A DNA stretch of 38,067 bases from a virus (taxonomy: Duplodnaviria > Heunggongvirae > Uroviricota > Caudoviricetes), in IMG/VR virus record IMGVR_UViG_2541047915_000012. One strand, given 5' to 3'. A model generated the notes under the pieces. That model had not been told where the DNA came from. It saw only the letters and a list, made by a program, of their open reading frames with translations, and searched no databases. Position numbers and translations under genes: made by a program. Below are positions 16,787 through 27,507 of this stretch, one piece after another (position 1 is the first letter of the stretch; each line of letters starts with the position of its first letter).

Positions 16787-18985
16787 TTACTGCTGTGGTT
16801 GTTGCTGAGTTGATTTTTGCAGGATGCTGCTGATGTCCATGCGCTGCGCATGGCCCTGTGCCTGACTTTTCAGGACAAGCTCTGCATCAGCACGGGCATT
16901 GTCTCCTTGCTGTTGCTGGAACTGTCCGAGCAGTTTCAGAGCCTCGCGGATATCAGATTTCTGCTGGCTATCGGCAGATGCGAGGATTTTCACAACATTT
17001 GCCGCTGCAACCTGAGCATCAGTCTGTGCCTGGAATGCTTTAACCTGAATGGCTGCCTGCTCGTTCTGCGCTTTCTGCAATTCAGCCTGACCAGCAAGAA
17101 GCTGACCTTGCGCAGCAACCATAGCCGGATCTGGCTGACTGGCCTGTTGTTGTTTCGCCTGCTCAACCATCTGCTGTTCTTCTGGCGTTCTCGGCTTGAT
17201 AACTCCAGACAGAAGCAACTGATTGCGGTTGTATTCTTTAAGGTCGTCCATCCCTTCGCCGTCCATATTGTCGAGGATCATCGACGATACAAGGTCGTGT
17301 TTCGGCGTTCCGGGCGGGATAAGTGCCAGCATGGAAAGTAACGACTTAACCGTTGCGTCACGGCGAGTAGCGAACGACTGACCGACATCGACAGTCACTT
17401 CATAGTTACCCTGCGAAAGGTCGTTAAGCGCGATAACCTGCCCTGTCTGACGGTCAACCACTTCACCAGTCATCAGCGCCACGTCATCGCTGCCGTCCTC
17501 ATTAACGATACGCATCGGCGTATCGCTGCCATAGACTTCACGAGCCATAGAAAGCCACACAACGCCAGCGCGACGCATGGATTTAGCCATGTTGTCCATG
17601 TAGATATAGGACTGCGTATCCATCCGGTTAAAGATGCTATCAACGGTATCGGTAGCAACGTTGCTCGGCATGTTCTCAAGCTGCGACGCACCTGTAATTT
17701 GCTGAATAGCCGTTCCGGTGTACTGCAATAGCCCGGCAAGAGCTGGAGGCATTTGTGTCGGAGGCGTATAACTGCTGACCTGAGCCTGCGCAGTAATATC
17801 TCCGTTTTTGTTTTTCAGACTGACCATCGGCAGGAACGCCGGGCGCTTTTTGTTGCGCTCCGCCCAATGAGTGGCGAGAGGACCAGGAATCATGTCAACA
17901 TCAACTACAGGAATGCCATCACCGCCAGCCTGAGTAGCGTTATCTGCAATCATGGAAACCATCAGGTTCTCAAGACGCTGTGCATCCATCGCTTTTGCTG
18001 CGTGGCCTTCGATTCGTTCCTGATTATCAACAAATGAGCGACGTCCATATACCGGGATGAGAGGAATATGTTCGCCCGGAATACGCTTCGGTTCTTCCAG
18101 CCATTCAGCGCCAGACAGAAGGCCGCAATAAACGCGGCGTTTCTTCACCGTTCGCTCGCCAATCAGTTCGAATGCACCATCGGTCAGCTCGTCGACAATA
18201 TCTTTGATTTGCTCTTCATCATAGATTGCCGTTTCTCCGCTAACAGGGTTGCGCCATGCCGTGAGCTTCACCTTCTCTATGCGAACTTCGTAGTAGCGCC
18301 CAACATAGATGGCATCTGGCGTTGACCAGTCATATTGAGTGCCAGTCTCATCACGAGAAAGGCCTGCCGCGATGGAATCAGGGTATTCAGCCTCGAACGC
18401 TTTAGGCGTCATGGAGAACATTTCCATAGCCCACATAGCATCAGAACGGTCATATTGCTTGCTGTCCTGATCGAAGAAGACGCATGTCGCTGGGTCGTAA
18501 ACAGGAAGAAGGCTGATGCGTCGCTGCTCGTTACTTGGGTCCATTTCATCTTCGTAATCGGCACACATGCGGAAACAACCGAATCCGCCCGTTACAGCAT
18601 CATCAAATGCGTTATCACACGCTTCGCCACCTGATGTTTCCTGATAGTCAGCGCGGAATTTGCCGTTCATCTTTTTGGCTAACGCTTCCGATGCCTTGTC
18701 ATCCTTCGGCCTGAATTTAACGCTGATGCGATTCTGTCGATACTCGCCAATGATGCGATCACATTCACGGGCAATCTTATTCAGTTCAAAGCGCGGGTAA
18801 TGCTCAAACCTGCCTTCATCAAATGAGTAACCAGCGTTTGTGCTGCCTTCCCACTGTGCGCCGGATACCCGGACGAAACGTTGAGCCTCAATAATCTGCT
18901 CACGCATATCCTGCGTTGCTGACCAGGCATTATCAAAGTTGCACAGCACCTTGCGATGCCAGTCAGTCATCTTTTTTTCTGCCAT
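16787..18985 (-). CDS. Portal protein (P22 gp1-like)
   Basis: 732 aa; motifs RRVY...AGEHIP.IPV.G and Gln/Ala-rich C-terminal helix (PEEQQ...DPAMV.AQG.LL.GQAEL.KAQN) resemble P22 portal. Confidence 0.8.
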   Translation of the reverse strand: MAEKKMTDWHRKVLCNFDNAWSATQDMREQIIEAQRFVRVSGAQWEGSTNAGYSFDEGRFEHYPRFELNKIARECDRIIGEYRQNRISVKFRPKDDKASEALAKKMNGKFRADYQETSGGEACDNAFDDAVTGGFGCFRMCADYEDEMDPSNEQRRISLLPVYDPATCVFFDQDSKQYDRSDAMWAMEMFSMTPKAFEAEYPDSIAAGLSRDETGTQYDWSTPDAIYVGRYYEVRIEKVKLTAWRNPVSGETAIYDEEQIKDIVDELTDGAFELIGERTVKKRRVYCGLLSGAEWLEEPKRIPGEHIPLIPVYGRRSFVDNQERIEGHAAKAMDAQRLENLMVSMIADNATQAGGDGIPVVDVDMIPGPLATHWAERNKKRPAFLPMVSLKNKNGDITAQAQVSSYTPPTQMPPALAGLLQYTGTAIQQITGASQLENMPSNVATDTVDSIFNRMDTQSYIYMDNMAKSMRRAGVVWLSMAREVYGSDTPMRIVNEDGSDDVALMTGEVVDRQTGQVIALNDLSQGNYEVTVDVGQSFATRRDATVKSLLSMLALIPPGTPKHDLVSSMILDNMDGEGMDDLKEYNRNQLLLSGVIKPRTPEEQQMVEQAKQQQASQPDPAMVAAQGQLLAGQAELQKAQNEQAAIQVKAFQAQTDAQVAAANVVKILASADSQQKSDIREALKLLGQFQQQQGDNARADAELVLKSQAQGHAQRMDISSILQKSTQQQPQQ

Positions 18986-18986
18986 A

Positions 18987-20402
18987 TCAACCTACACCAC
19001 AAGGAATTGAGTAACTGGAATAGTCGGGTTGCGCAGCCGACTCCGGGCAATGCATACACATCATCAGCGCATCAGCCAGGTTAGGAGATGGGATACCGAG
19101 CTTCTGCTTCATTTCGACCTTAGTCATAAGCTCCAGTTTCCCGTTATTATTGAATTTGCGCTGAATCTGCGTCAGTTCTGCAAACAGTTTCTCCAGCATC
19201 TTCTCGCCTATCGCTTCTTTGTCGAAGCTCAGCATGTCGTCGGGGTCTGCATACTCACCGTGGACAACCGCCCGATATGTCAGATACAGCCTGTCAGCCA
19301 GCGCGTAATAGAATTGCGCTCGCTTATTGCGGAATACATCGCCAATAGTGCGAACGTTGTCACCCTGTACGACTTCATCAGCCCATGCTCCGGCCTGATA
19401 CGGAGCATCTTCATCGAATGGCGATTCGCTGCCCTTGAACATCGTGGCGGTAATTTTCTTGCCGGAGAATGCTTCCGTTGTCTGTCTGCGTAGCCCTGCA
19501 CCGACACCATCGCCATCCCACAGGTAATGGTCAGCGCCGTCTTCAATCGCCAGCGAAGTAGCCCAGTCAGCACCCTCGTTGATGTCCATCAGCAGACCTT
19601 CGGCAATGCGCTTAACTACCGAACCGTGACGCGATGCATAACCTTTAGCATCTGGCCCTGTATCTGATGGGTCATGCGCAGAGACAACAGCGCCTTTCGC
19701 TTTCCATCCGAGTTTCTTGTGCGCATCGGTTGCGGCTTCAAGCCATTCACGTTTGATGATTGCCATATCACTTGCGCTTACTGGCTCACCAAGCCAGATG
19801 TGACGATACAGTGTCGGGTTTCTGCGTTTACACTCTTCCATCTCCAGACGGAGAACTTCAGGAAAGTGCGGGTTGTCGGTGTAGTTCACCGTCAGCAGAC
19901 AAATATCATCGGGAGGGTTTACTACGAATCGCTGATAGGTATCGTCGAGGATGTTTTTCGGGTTGAAGCTCACCCATATTTCGGAAAATGGCTTGCGGAT
20001 GGTTGGTATCAGGATATCCCATGATTCCTTCGTTACCGCTTCCGCTTCCTCCACCCAGCAGATATCAATGCCTTCGAGCGATTTAATCTTCGTCGGGTTG
20101 TTTTTGATGCCGTAGAACATGAACTCAGCATTCGTCCCGAGATGACGAATCATGGAACGCTGAATTTCAAACTCAGCCGTATACCCTTCACGCTCTATGG
20201 TGTCTTCAAGCAGCCGGATTACCGAATCGCTGATACTGTTTTGCAGTTCACGAGCGCAGAGAATACGCACTGGCTGCCGACGCGCCGCTTCAACAAGCAG
20301 TCTCGCAATTGCCCATGATTTACCGCTACCTCGACCGCCTTTGGCGACTTTGTAGCGATGCGCCTCAATGAACGGTTCAAAGATAGGATTAATCGAGGTC
20401 AT
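18987..20402 (-). CDS. Terminase large subunit
   Basis: 471 aa; Walker A KGGRGSGKS near N-terminus; immediately downstream of small terminase gene. Confidence 0.8.
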   Translation of the reverse strand: MTSINPIFEPFIEAHRYKVAKGGRGSGKSWAIARLLVEAARRQPVRILCARELQNSISDSVIRLLEDTIEREGYTAEFEIQRSMIRHLGTNAEFMFYGIKNNPTKIKSLEGIDICWVEEAEAVTKESWDILIPTIRKPFSEIWVSFNPKNILDDTYQRFVVNPPDDICLLTVNYTDNPHFPEVLRLEMEECKRRNPTLYRHIWLGEPVSASDMAIIKREWLEAATDAHKKLGWKAKGAVVSAHDPSDTGPDAKGYASRHGSVVKRIAEGLLMDINEGADWATSLAIEDGADHYLWDGDGVGAGLRRQTTEAFSGKKITATMFKGSESPFDEDAPYQAGAWADEVVQGDNVRTIGDVFRNKRAQFYYALADRLYLTYRAVVHGEYADPDDMLSFDKEAIGEKMLEKLFAELTQIQRKFNNNGKLELMTKVEMKQKLGIPSPNLADALMMCMHCPESAAQPDYSSYSIPCGVG

Positions 20403-20839
20403 TTTCCGAATAGAGTACTCATCGGTGATGTTTCAATCTGGATTGCGCCGCCGTCTTTGCCTGTTAGCTCGTGATCAACCTTGTCGCGCCATTTATCCTT
20501 CTGTCGGTTCTTAAGCCAGAAGATGGCAGCTGTTGTATCAGGCGGGTAATACTTCTCAAGAGGAGTTTCGACAATTCTGTTTTCAATAACACGAATATCG
20601 ATGTCTGGAGCCACGAAGCCCATAGCGCGTTGATAAAGACGGTCACTAACTTCTGCATCAGCGACGGCCTTACCCTTTTTTATGGACTCCGAAAACTCAG
20701 GATAATCAAGCTTCCACTTGTTAATAGTTGACTCACTGACTTCGAAGAAATCAGCAAGCTCTGCATCGGTGTAGCCCAGCAAGCACAGTTTGCGTGCCTG
20801 TTCGGCATACGCCTCTTGATACTTTGTTGGGCGCGCCAT
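20399..20839 (-). CDS. Terminase small subunit
   Basis: 146 aa; stop overlaps terL start; position and size consistent with Sf6/CUS-3-type small terminase. Confidence 0.6.
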   Translation of the reverse strand: MARPTKYQEAYAEQARKLCLLGYTDAELADFFEVSESTINKWKLDYPEFSESIKKGKAVADAEVSDRLYQRAMGFVAPDIDIRVIENRIVETPLEKYYPPDTTAAIFWLKNRQKDKWRDKVDHELTGKDGGAIQIETSPMSTLFGK

Positions 20840-20841
20840 GT

Positions 20842-21084
20842 TTATGCTCCGGTGGTGAACAGGTCTAACGCTTCCTTCGATTTACGCACCGCTTCGATAG
20901 TGCGGGTCGTGATATCTGAATTAGCGCCGCCTGACTGGAAGTGAATTTTGAATAGCTCAAGCTTCAGTTCGTCAGTGCCAATGAACTGAAATGCTTCCTC
21001 TGCGGCTGCGTTCTGGTTCATGACCAGCTTGTAAATCTCTAACTGGAATTTCTGTTCTTCAGTCATGGGAATAATCTCTGCCAT
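20842..21084 (-). CDS. Hypothetical protein (P22 orf80-position)
   Basis: 80-aa ORF immediately upstream of the small terminase gene. Confidence 0.45.
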   Translation of the reverse strand: MAEIIPMTEEQKFQLEIYKLVMNQNAAAEEAFQFIGTDELKLELFKIHFQSGGANSDITTRTIEAVRKSKEALDLFTTGA

Positions 21085-21311
21085 TGTTGGCTCCGTTTAT
21101 CCGTTAAAAGGGATATCAGTTAAGTTATCCCGTGTAGGGTATAAGCCATTGTCGAGACCACTCATTGAATGGTCTCTGCAATAACCGATGTCTTTCCATC
21201 AGTCCGCCACCACAAAGAATCTTTTTTGCCATAAGGCAGGAGGTTCATCTTTCAGTGGCTGCCAGTGTTATTTCCCCACTTTCTGGCTTGGGTTGTTTCG
21301 CTGTACTGCCG

Positions 21312-21923
21312 TTAATTGGTGAGTCCGGGGATTACGGTTTGCCCGTGCTGTTCAAGGCGTTCAATTCTCGCCAGTAGCTGAGGCTTCTTAATTTTTCCCC
21401 AGCGATTAAGCAGGCGGCCTGACATGCTGGCAACATCCTTCTCTTTCATGTACTCCAGCATTACGGCATTTCTCTCTTCTTCAAATTGACGATGACCAAC
21501 CTGAAGCATGGCGTACATCCAGTTGAATGCGTTGATGTAAGCAATTTTGATACGCATTGCTTCTTTTTTGGTGTAGGACATAACCAAAAGCATCAACCCA
21601 TCCTTGCGGAGACGGTAGAATTTTTGCGGCTTACCATTCTGTAACTCATTGTTTTTATAGCAAAGCTCAAAGTTGAGCTTTGTATCAAACTCAGGAGGGC
21701 AAGCTTCTATGGTTCGTTCAATGTCACGAACCACGTTCTTCGGCAGCTTTCCAAATGCTTTTGCCACCATAAAAGAATCTGTAACCGGATCGTTGTTTGC
21801 TACAAAAATTAGGTCTCTGAAATCTATATCGTTAACAACGGTTGGGTAGTTCATTGCGTCTTTACCTTTTAGAAAGATGAGCCTGTTCGCACAGAAAAGC
21901 CGCCCCGAGATGGTCGCCACCAT
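21312..21923 (-). CDS. rha: Rha-family phage regulatory protein (P22 orf201/rha position)
   Basis: 203 aa (alternative start at 21854 with better RBS); motif KLPKNVVRDIERTIE typical of Rha-domain proteins; located between lysis and packaging genes. Confidence 0.55.
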   Translation of the reverse strand: MVATISGRLFCANRLIFLKGKDAMNYPTVVNDIDFRDLIFVANNDPVTDSFMVAKAFGKLPKNVVRDIERTIEACPPEFDTKLNFELCYKNNELQNGKPQKFYRLRKDGLMLLVMSYTKKEAMRIKIAYINAFNWMYAMLQVGHRQFEEERNAVMLEYMKEKDVASMSGRLLNRWGKIKKPQLLARIERLEQHGQTVIPGLTN

Positions 21924-22001
21924 ATACGGCAGTTCTCAGGCTCAGCTTTCTGAAAGACTCGGGATTGTTACGCGCTGCGATGCGCGGTTTACTGCAGATA
22001 T

Positions 22002-22026
22002 AAAAAAGCCCCGCGAATGCGAGGCT
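22002..22026 (-). terminator. Rho-independent terminator downstream of the lysis cassette
   Basis: Minus strand GCCTCGC-ATTC-GCGGGGC followed by TTTTTTAT. Confidence 0.6.
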
Positions 22027-22199
22027 AAATCCTGGTATTTGTAATGACTGGCTCTTATCTCAACGCAGCCCCTTACCGCGCGCCAGATGCTCAATATCAA
22101 GCATCAGCAATGAGATGTTTAATCTGGATTCACTCCAGAAGTGATCACCACCCTGTCTACAGAGCCAGATGTGAAGGATGATGAGTAAAATTATCGCTA

Positions 22200-22637
22200 T
22201 CATCGAAGGCATTGCGTCCTGATGTACTCCTGCAGGTAGTTAACCTGCGCGGTTATCCTGTCGATTCCACTTCGGAGACGGTAATAATTGAGTTCAGCAT
22301 CTGCTGTAAGTCTTGGGTTTTCTCCATCGCCCATGCTGCTGGCTCCGGTCGTTGACTTTGCACAGGTGGCGGCGACTTGCAGGCGCTTACGCCCAGCAGA
22401 AACATCAGCACGGAGACTTTCGATAGTCGCGTTAGCATCAGCAAGCTCCTTTGTGTATCTTGCGTCGAGTTCTGCTACATCACGTTGACGCTTCCGCATA
22501 TCAGCGATGATGGATGTGGCTTTATCGCGCTGCTCTTTGTAGGCGATTGCATTATCACGGTAATGATTAACAGCCCATGACAGGCAGACGATGATGCAAA
22601 TAATCAGAGCGGAGATAATCGCGGTGACTCTGCTCAT
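22200..22637 (-). CDS. Rz: Spanin, inner-membrane subunit (Rz)
   Basis: 145 aa; N-terminus [31 protein letters not shown] nearly identical to recalled lambda Rz; start overlaps R stop. Confidence 0.8.
   Translation of the reverse strand: MSRVTAIISALIICIIVCLSWAVNHYRDNAIAYKEQRDKATSIIADMRKRQRDVAELDARYTKELADANATIESLRADVSAGRKRLQVAATCAKSTTGASSMGDGENPRLTADAELNYYRLRSGIDRITAQVNYLQEYIRTQCLR
22253..22444 (-). CDS. Rz1: Spanin, outer-membrane lipoprotein subunit (Rz1), embedded in Rz in a different frame
   Basis: 63-aa ORF wholly inside Rz; hydrophobic leader ending in lipobox-like VSAC, then proline-rich [13 protein letters not shown]; true start may be an internal Met. Confidence 0.55.
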   Translation of the reverse strand: MLMLTRLSKVSVLMFLLGVSACKSPPPVQSQRPEPAAWAMEKTQDLQQMLNSIITVSEVESTG

Positions 22638-23110
22638 ACCTCAATCTCTCTGACCGTTCCGCCAGCCTCTTTGAATTTTGCAATCAGGTTGTCAGCCTTA
22701 TGCTCGAACTGACCATAACCAGCGCCCGGCAGTGAAGCCCAGATATTGCTGCAACGGTCGATTGCCTGACGAATATCACCGCGGTCAATCATCGGTAAAG
22801 CGCCACGCTCTTTAATCTGCTGCAATGCCACAGCGTCCTGACTTTTCGGAGAGAAGTCTTTCAGACCAAGCTGCTTACGGTAGGCATCCCACCAACGGGA
22901 AAGAAGCTGGTAGCGTCCGGCGGCTGTTGATTTGAGTTTTGGGTTTAGCGTGACAAGCTTGCGAGGGTGATCGGAGTAATCAGTAAATAGCTCTCCGCCT
23001 ACAATGACGTCATAACCATGATTTCTGGTTTTCTGCCGTCCGTTATCAGTTCCCTCTGACCACGCCAGCATATCGAGGAACGCCTTACGTTGATTATTGA
23101 TTTCCACCAT
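22634..23110 (-). CDS. R: Endolysin, lambda R-type lytic transglycosylase
   Basis: 158 aa; [51 protein letters not shown]... essentially as recalled for lambda R. Confidence 0.85.
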   Translation of the reverse strand: MVEINNQRKAFLDMLAWSEGTDNGRQKTRNHGYDVIVGGELFTDYSDHPRKLVTLNPKLKSTAAGRYQLLSRWWDAYRKQLGLKDFSPKSQDAVALQQIKERGALPMIDRGDIRQAIDRCSNIWASLPGAGYGQFEHKADNLIAKFKEAGGTVREIEV

Positions 23111-23417
23111 CTTCTACTCCGGCTTTTTTAGCAGCGAAGCGTTTGATAAGCGAACCAATCGAGTCAGTACCGATGTAGCCGATGAACACGCTCGTTATAT
23201 AAGCGAGATTGCTACTTAGTCCGGCGAAGTCGAGAAGGTCACGAATGAACCAGGCGATAATGGCGCACATCGTTGCGTCGATTACTGTTTTTGTAAACGC
23301 ACCGCCATTATATCTGCCGCGAAGGTACGCCATTGCAAACGCAAGGATTGCCCCGATGCCTTGTTCCTTTGCCGCGAGAATGGCGGCTAACAGGTCATGT
23401 TTTTCTGGCATCTTCAT
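23094..23417 (-). CDS. S: Holin, lambda S-type (class I) with dual-start motif
   Basis: 107 aa; begins [41 protein letters not shown]..., Met1-Lys2-Met3 dual start as in lambda S107/S105. Confidence 0.85.
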   Translation of the reverse strand: MKMPEKHDLLAAILAAKEQGIGAILAFAMAYLRGRYNGGAFTKTVIDATMCAIIAWFIRDLLDFAGLSSNLAYITSVFIGYIGTDSIGSLIKRFAAKKAGVEDGGNQ

Positions 23418-23796
23418 GTCTTACCCCCAATAAGGGGATTTGCTCTATTTAATTAGGAATAAGGTCGATTACTGATAGAACAAATCCAGGCTACTGTGTT
23501 TAGTAATCAGATTTGTTCGTGACCGATATGCACGGGCAAAACGGCATGAGGTTGTTAGCGCAACCTCATGCCACCCGCTTTCACGAAGGTCATGTGTAGA
23601 AGGCCGCAGCATAACTATCACTGATGAATTCAGGATAGCCAGTGGCTACGGCTCAGGTTGGGTTGTGGCGGTCGGTGCTGAACTCCGACTTAATGACGAT
23701 AGGCGTGTACCGACGCCTCGTTTTACTTCCTCCGCTTTCACGGCTTCACCCTAGACCAGCTTTACGAAATCCTCGTAAACCTAACCGCGGCAGATA
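23418..23796 (-). promoter_or_regulatory. Lambda-like late-operon leader upstream of S (sdi stem-loop, 12-bp hairpin), cut at its upstream end by IS911
   Basis: Minus strand ends ...AATCCCCTTATTGGGGGTAAGAC-ATGAAGATG (CCCC/GGGG stem before the dual start); perfect 12-bp stem GGCATGAGGTTG/CAACCTCATGCC at 23543-23572 followed by GTTTTG; overall sequence closely resembles the lambda leader as recalled. Confidence 0.6.
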
Positions 23797-23868
23797 TGAA
23801 GTGGTTTACTGAATTTGGCCACCTGAACAGAGGTGATATGCTCACCTCAGAACAACACAGGTGCCATA

Positions 23869-25016
<1,148 letters not shown>

Positions 25017-25204
25017 CTCGGTGGCCAGTTTTTGTTGACCACTTCAATATGACCGGCACGGTGTGCCATATCACGGACCGGCGGGTGTCTCGTTCACCTG
25101 ATTAACGCATCAGCCTGCGTATTCACCACAACGATAAGAGTACTGCGCGGCACCTTTCACCAATTCCGCGAGGTCTGCGGGTTCAATGCTCTTACCTGTT
25201 GTGC

Positions 25205-25249
25205 AAACAAAAAAGCCACCGTTGCAACTTAAGAGTCACTAACGGCAGC
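25205..25249 (-). terminator. Rho-independent terminator just downstream of Q (tR'-like)
   Basis: Minus strand GCTGCCGTT-(18 nt)-AACGGTGGC stem with two G-U pairs, followed by TTTTTTGTTT; directly precedes the lambda-like leader motif GCACAACAGGTAAGAGCATTGA. Confidence 0.55.
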
Positions 25250-25259
25250 TTACCTTCTA

Positions 25260-25289
25260 ATTATGGCTAAATGGATAATTGCATGTCAA
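25260..25289 (-). promoter_or_regulatory. Candidate late promoter (pR'-like) overlapping the Q stop codon
   Basis: Minus strand TTGACA (25289..25284), 18-bp spacer, CATAAT (25265..25260); the -35 lies in the last Q codons; terminator hairpin begins only a few nt after the predicted start, so assignment is tentative. Confidence 0.45.
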
Positions 25290-25785
25290 GGTTTTTAACA
25301 GCAACATGCTTAACTTTCTCAACACGTTTACGCATTTTGAAAGCATTTTGCATTGGCTGGTATAAAACAAATAATGACGCTTTCAGGATGTCGTCAATTT
25401 CGTTTCTACAGGTTGCCAGTGAAGGTTTTCTCCATCCCTCGCCACCACGTCCACACATCTTGCGTGGCTTTGCAGTCGCGTGATAGTAGGATGCAATTGC
25501 TCGCTTAGATGAACCATGAGCGTAGTAGCTGAGGAGGATGCCAAAGGCTTTCTTGTCAATGTACATGACGGAATCAACGACCTGAGAAATCAACATTCCA
25601 TCATCATCATTACACATTGGCCTTGTCATAATTCTTCCCGGCTCTACGCTCTCCATGAACTTCGCTATTACGCTGCTCATGCGCTTTTCCAGACGACCTG
25701 AATAAACCCATGCGCCCCACAGTTCAAGCCAGCCATTCAGCCACTCGTGCTGCTCTTTGGTGAGGTTTAGTTCTCTTATGCTCAT
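25267..25785 (-). CDS. Late-gene antiterminator Q-family protein (not lambda-Q type)
   Basis: 172 aa; motif WGAW...CNDDDG resembles Q-like antiterminators of cryptic lambdoid prophages; directly upstream of candidate late promoter and lysis genes; start overlaps ninH stop. Confidence 0.6.
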   Translation of the reverse strand: MSIRELNLTKEQHEWLNGWLELWGAWVYSGRLEKRMSSVIAKFMESVEPGRIMTRPMCNDDDGMLISQVVDSVMYIDKKAFGILLSYYAHGSSKRAIASYYHATAKPRKMCGRGGEGWRKPSLATCRNEIDDILKASLFVLYQPMQNAFKMRKRVEKVKHVAVKNLDMQLSI

Positions 25786-25970
25786 CGTCTTCCCCTCTTG
25801 CCTTGTTTGACCATCAGGACGCCGTTAACTATTACGTGACGCTCGCCTTTGCTGTCTCGGTTGTACTTGAGCACTGTTCCTCTTGCGCAGGAAAGCATCC
25901 TCGCCACTTCGGTCTGATTGCCTCGTGTCTGGATAAGAAGCTCTGGTATCGTTTGAATTGTGGCGTTCAT
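25782..25970 (-). CDS. ninH: NinH-like small DNA-binding protein
   Basis: 62 aa; ...TIPELLIQTRGNQTEVARMLSCARGTVLKY...HVIVNGVLMV resembles lambda NinH (...TIPDMLVE.YGNQTEVARRLKCSRGTVRKY...HAIVNDVLMV). Confidence 0.7.
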   Translation of the reverse strand: MNATIQTIPELLIQTRGNQTEVARMLSCARGTVLKYNRDSKGERHVIVNGVLMVKQGKRGRR

Positions 25971-26329
25971 GCGTTCTCCAGTTCGGTGATTTTTATTCCA
26001 AGCCGTCCGCCTGGTACTTTCACACCACGAATTACGCGAATGTCATCGAATTGCTCGTCGTCTTCCGCAAATCCGGCGTGGATAAGGGAGTCGAGTAAAC
26101 CTTTCAGGATGTTGTCGAGGTCGCGGCGGCGGGAGTCTGGAACGTCTGCGATGACTTTGATACGGAGTCGTGATTTGGTGAAAATGTCTAACTTGAGTTG
26201 GCGGATGATTTGCTGAACGTCTTTTCGGTATTTCTGGCCTTTATCGCTTATGTAATATTGGCTTCCCCGTCTTCGCCAGTAGGTATTCACCGACGGCGGG
26301 TATGGAAGCACAAACTGATATTCGTTCAT
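25967..26329 (-). CDS. rusA: RusA-family Holliday junction resolvase
   Basis: 120 aa; motifs LPYPPSVN.YWR, DVPDSRRRDLDN, GGRL.I.ITE match RusA as recalled. Confidence 0.7.
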   Translation of the reverse strand: MNEYQFVLPYPPSVNTYWRRRGSQYYISDKGQKYRKDVQQIIRQLKLDIFTKSRLRIKVIADVPDSRRRDLDNILKGLLDSLIHAGFAEDDEQFDDIRVIRGVKVPGGRLGIKITELENA

Positions 26330-26616
26330 GACTTAATCTTCCCCTCCCTCAGCAGTATCGCCTGCGTTCTGATCACGCCTTCGAGGTGGTAAAGTCTGGC
26401 GTCTTTGTTGTCGAGATTATGGGTGCGTCGGTCGATTTCATCGTGACACGCACTACAAGCCCATGCACCGATCAGGTCGTCAGGCTTCATTCCCGTTCCG
26501 CAAATTCCAGCCATCCGGTAATGTGCCAGAACTGTAGTTTCAGGGTTGCCATTGCATACGCCGTAAATACGTACCTGACATTCTCTTCCGCGCGCTTCTT
26601 TGCGTAGGTTAGCCAT
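26326..26616 (-). CDS. YbcO-like protein (DUF1364, cysteine-rich putative nuclease)
   Basis: 96 aa; ARGRECQVRI.GVCNGNPETTVLAH...CSACHDEIDRRTH resembles DLP12 YbcO. Confidence 0.6.
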   Translation of the reverse strand: MANLRKEARGRECQVRIYGVCNGNPETTVLAHYRMAGICGTGMKPDDLIGAWACSACHDEIDRRTHNLDNKDARLYHLEGVIRTQAILLREGKIKS

Positions 26617-27338
26617 TAAGCAGCCTCCCCTGTTACTTTCAGCATTCCGTTATCGAGCAGCTTTCTGGTCAGCCACTGTTGACCACGCCCGGTGATTTTT
26701 GTGGTGAACGATATCTGTATTCCGTGATTTGTGTTGACCGCTGTTTCTTTCACTGTGAAATAGCCGCGATCCATATATTCCTGCATTGGCACATTGCGCC
26801 GGGAACCTGAAGCAATAAGGATTTTGTGATCACGCATCCACGCAAACAGTTTGTTTTGACCAATACCAACAACCTTTGCAAAGTTTCCAATCAAAATTCC
26901 GCTGGCCTCGCCAACGCGATCGGCAAACTCAACTTTAGGTGCGACAATTGCGAGCTGGTTTTCCAGTTGCATTTTCTGCTCAGCAAGATCGGCAGCAAGG
27001 CGCAACGCTTCCGGTAGCGTTTTGGGGATATTAACCGCAGCTTCTTCAAGCTCTCGCCAGCGGTCAACAAGGCGAGCGGTGAACTCTGGCGACAACTGGG
27101 CAACAACGACAATACTGTCTCGCTTACCTTGTTCGCCCTCGAAGACGTAATGCTCGTACTGAACATTGAACCCTAAGTTATTGATTCTTTCGGAAACCTC
27201 AATTTGAGGAAGCCGGATAACACCATTTTTAGCCAGCGTTTCGATGGTACGTTTCACATTGTCATGACGCTTACCAACCAACTCAGCAATTTCAATGCTT
27301 GTCATTTTGATGGCATTGCCATTCATTAACTCATTCAT
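26616..27338 (-). CDS. Phage regulatory/antirepressor protein (Rha-like N-terminal domain plus KilAC-like C-terminal domain)
   Basis: 240 aa; N-terminal motif ELVGKRHDNVKRTIETL typical of Rha-domain proteins; C-terminal region of antirepressor type; in nin region. Confidence 0.5.
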   Translation of the reverse strand: MNELMNGNAIKMTSIEIAELVGKRHDNVKRTIETLAKNGVIRLPQIEVSERINNLGFNVQYEHYVFEGEQGKRDSIVVVAQLSPEFTARLVDRWRELEEAAVNIPKTLPEALRLAADLAEQKMQLENQLAIVAPKVEFADRVGEASGILIGNFAKVVGIGQNKLFAWMRDHKILIASGSRRNVPMQEYMDRGYFTVKETAVNTNHGIQISFTTKITGRGQQWLTRKLLDNGMLKVTGEAA

Positions 27339-27507
27339 CGTCTTCTTCCTCGTACATTGAGCTATTCGGATCGCTCATCAGTTCTGCGCAGCAATCGGAG
27401 CACACGTGAACTTCAAGCACATGCAGCTTCTGACCGCAGTTAGCGCACGTTAATGCCCGCTCGACGCTTTCTTTCTGGTATTGAAGGGATTGGGATGGGC
27501 TAAGCAT
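27331..27507 (-). CDS. ninF: NinF-like small cysteine-rich protein (not in supplied ORF track, <60 aa)
   Basis: 58-aa ORF MLSPSQSLQYQKESVERALTCANCGQKLHVLEVHVCSDCCAELMSDPNSSMYEEEDDE; stop overlaps downstream start, start 5 nt after upstream stop; zinc-ribbon-like Cys pattern. Confidence 0.5.
   Translation of the reverse strand: MLSPSQSLQYQKESVERALTCANCGQKLHVLEVHVCSDCCAELMSDPNSSMYEEEDDE

Noticed and set aside
23418-23796. tRNA genes between Q and S, as found in some lambdoid prophages
   Set aside because: No cloverleaf-compatible sequence seen; the region reads as lambda-like leader.
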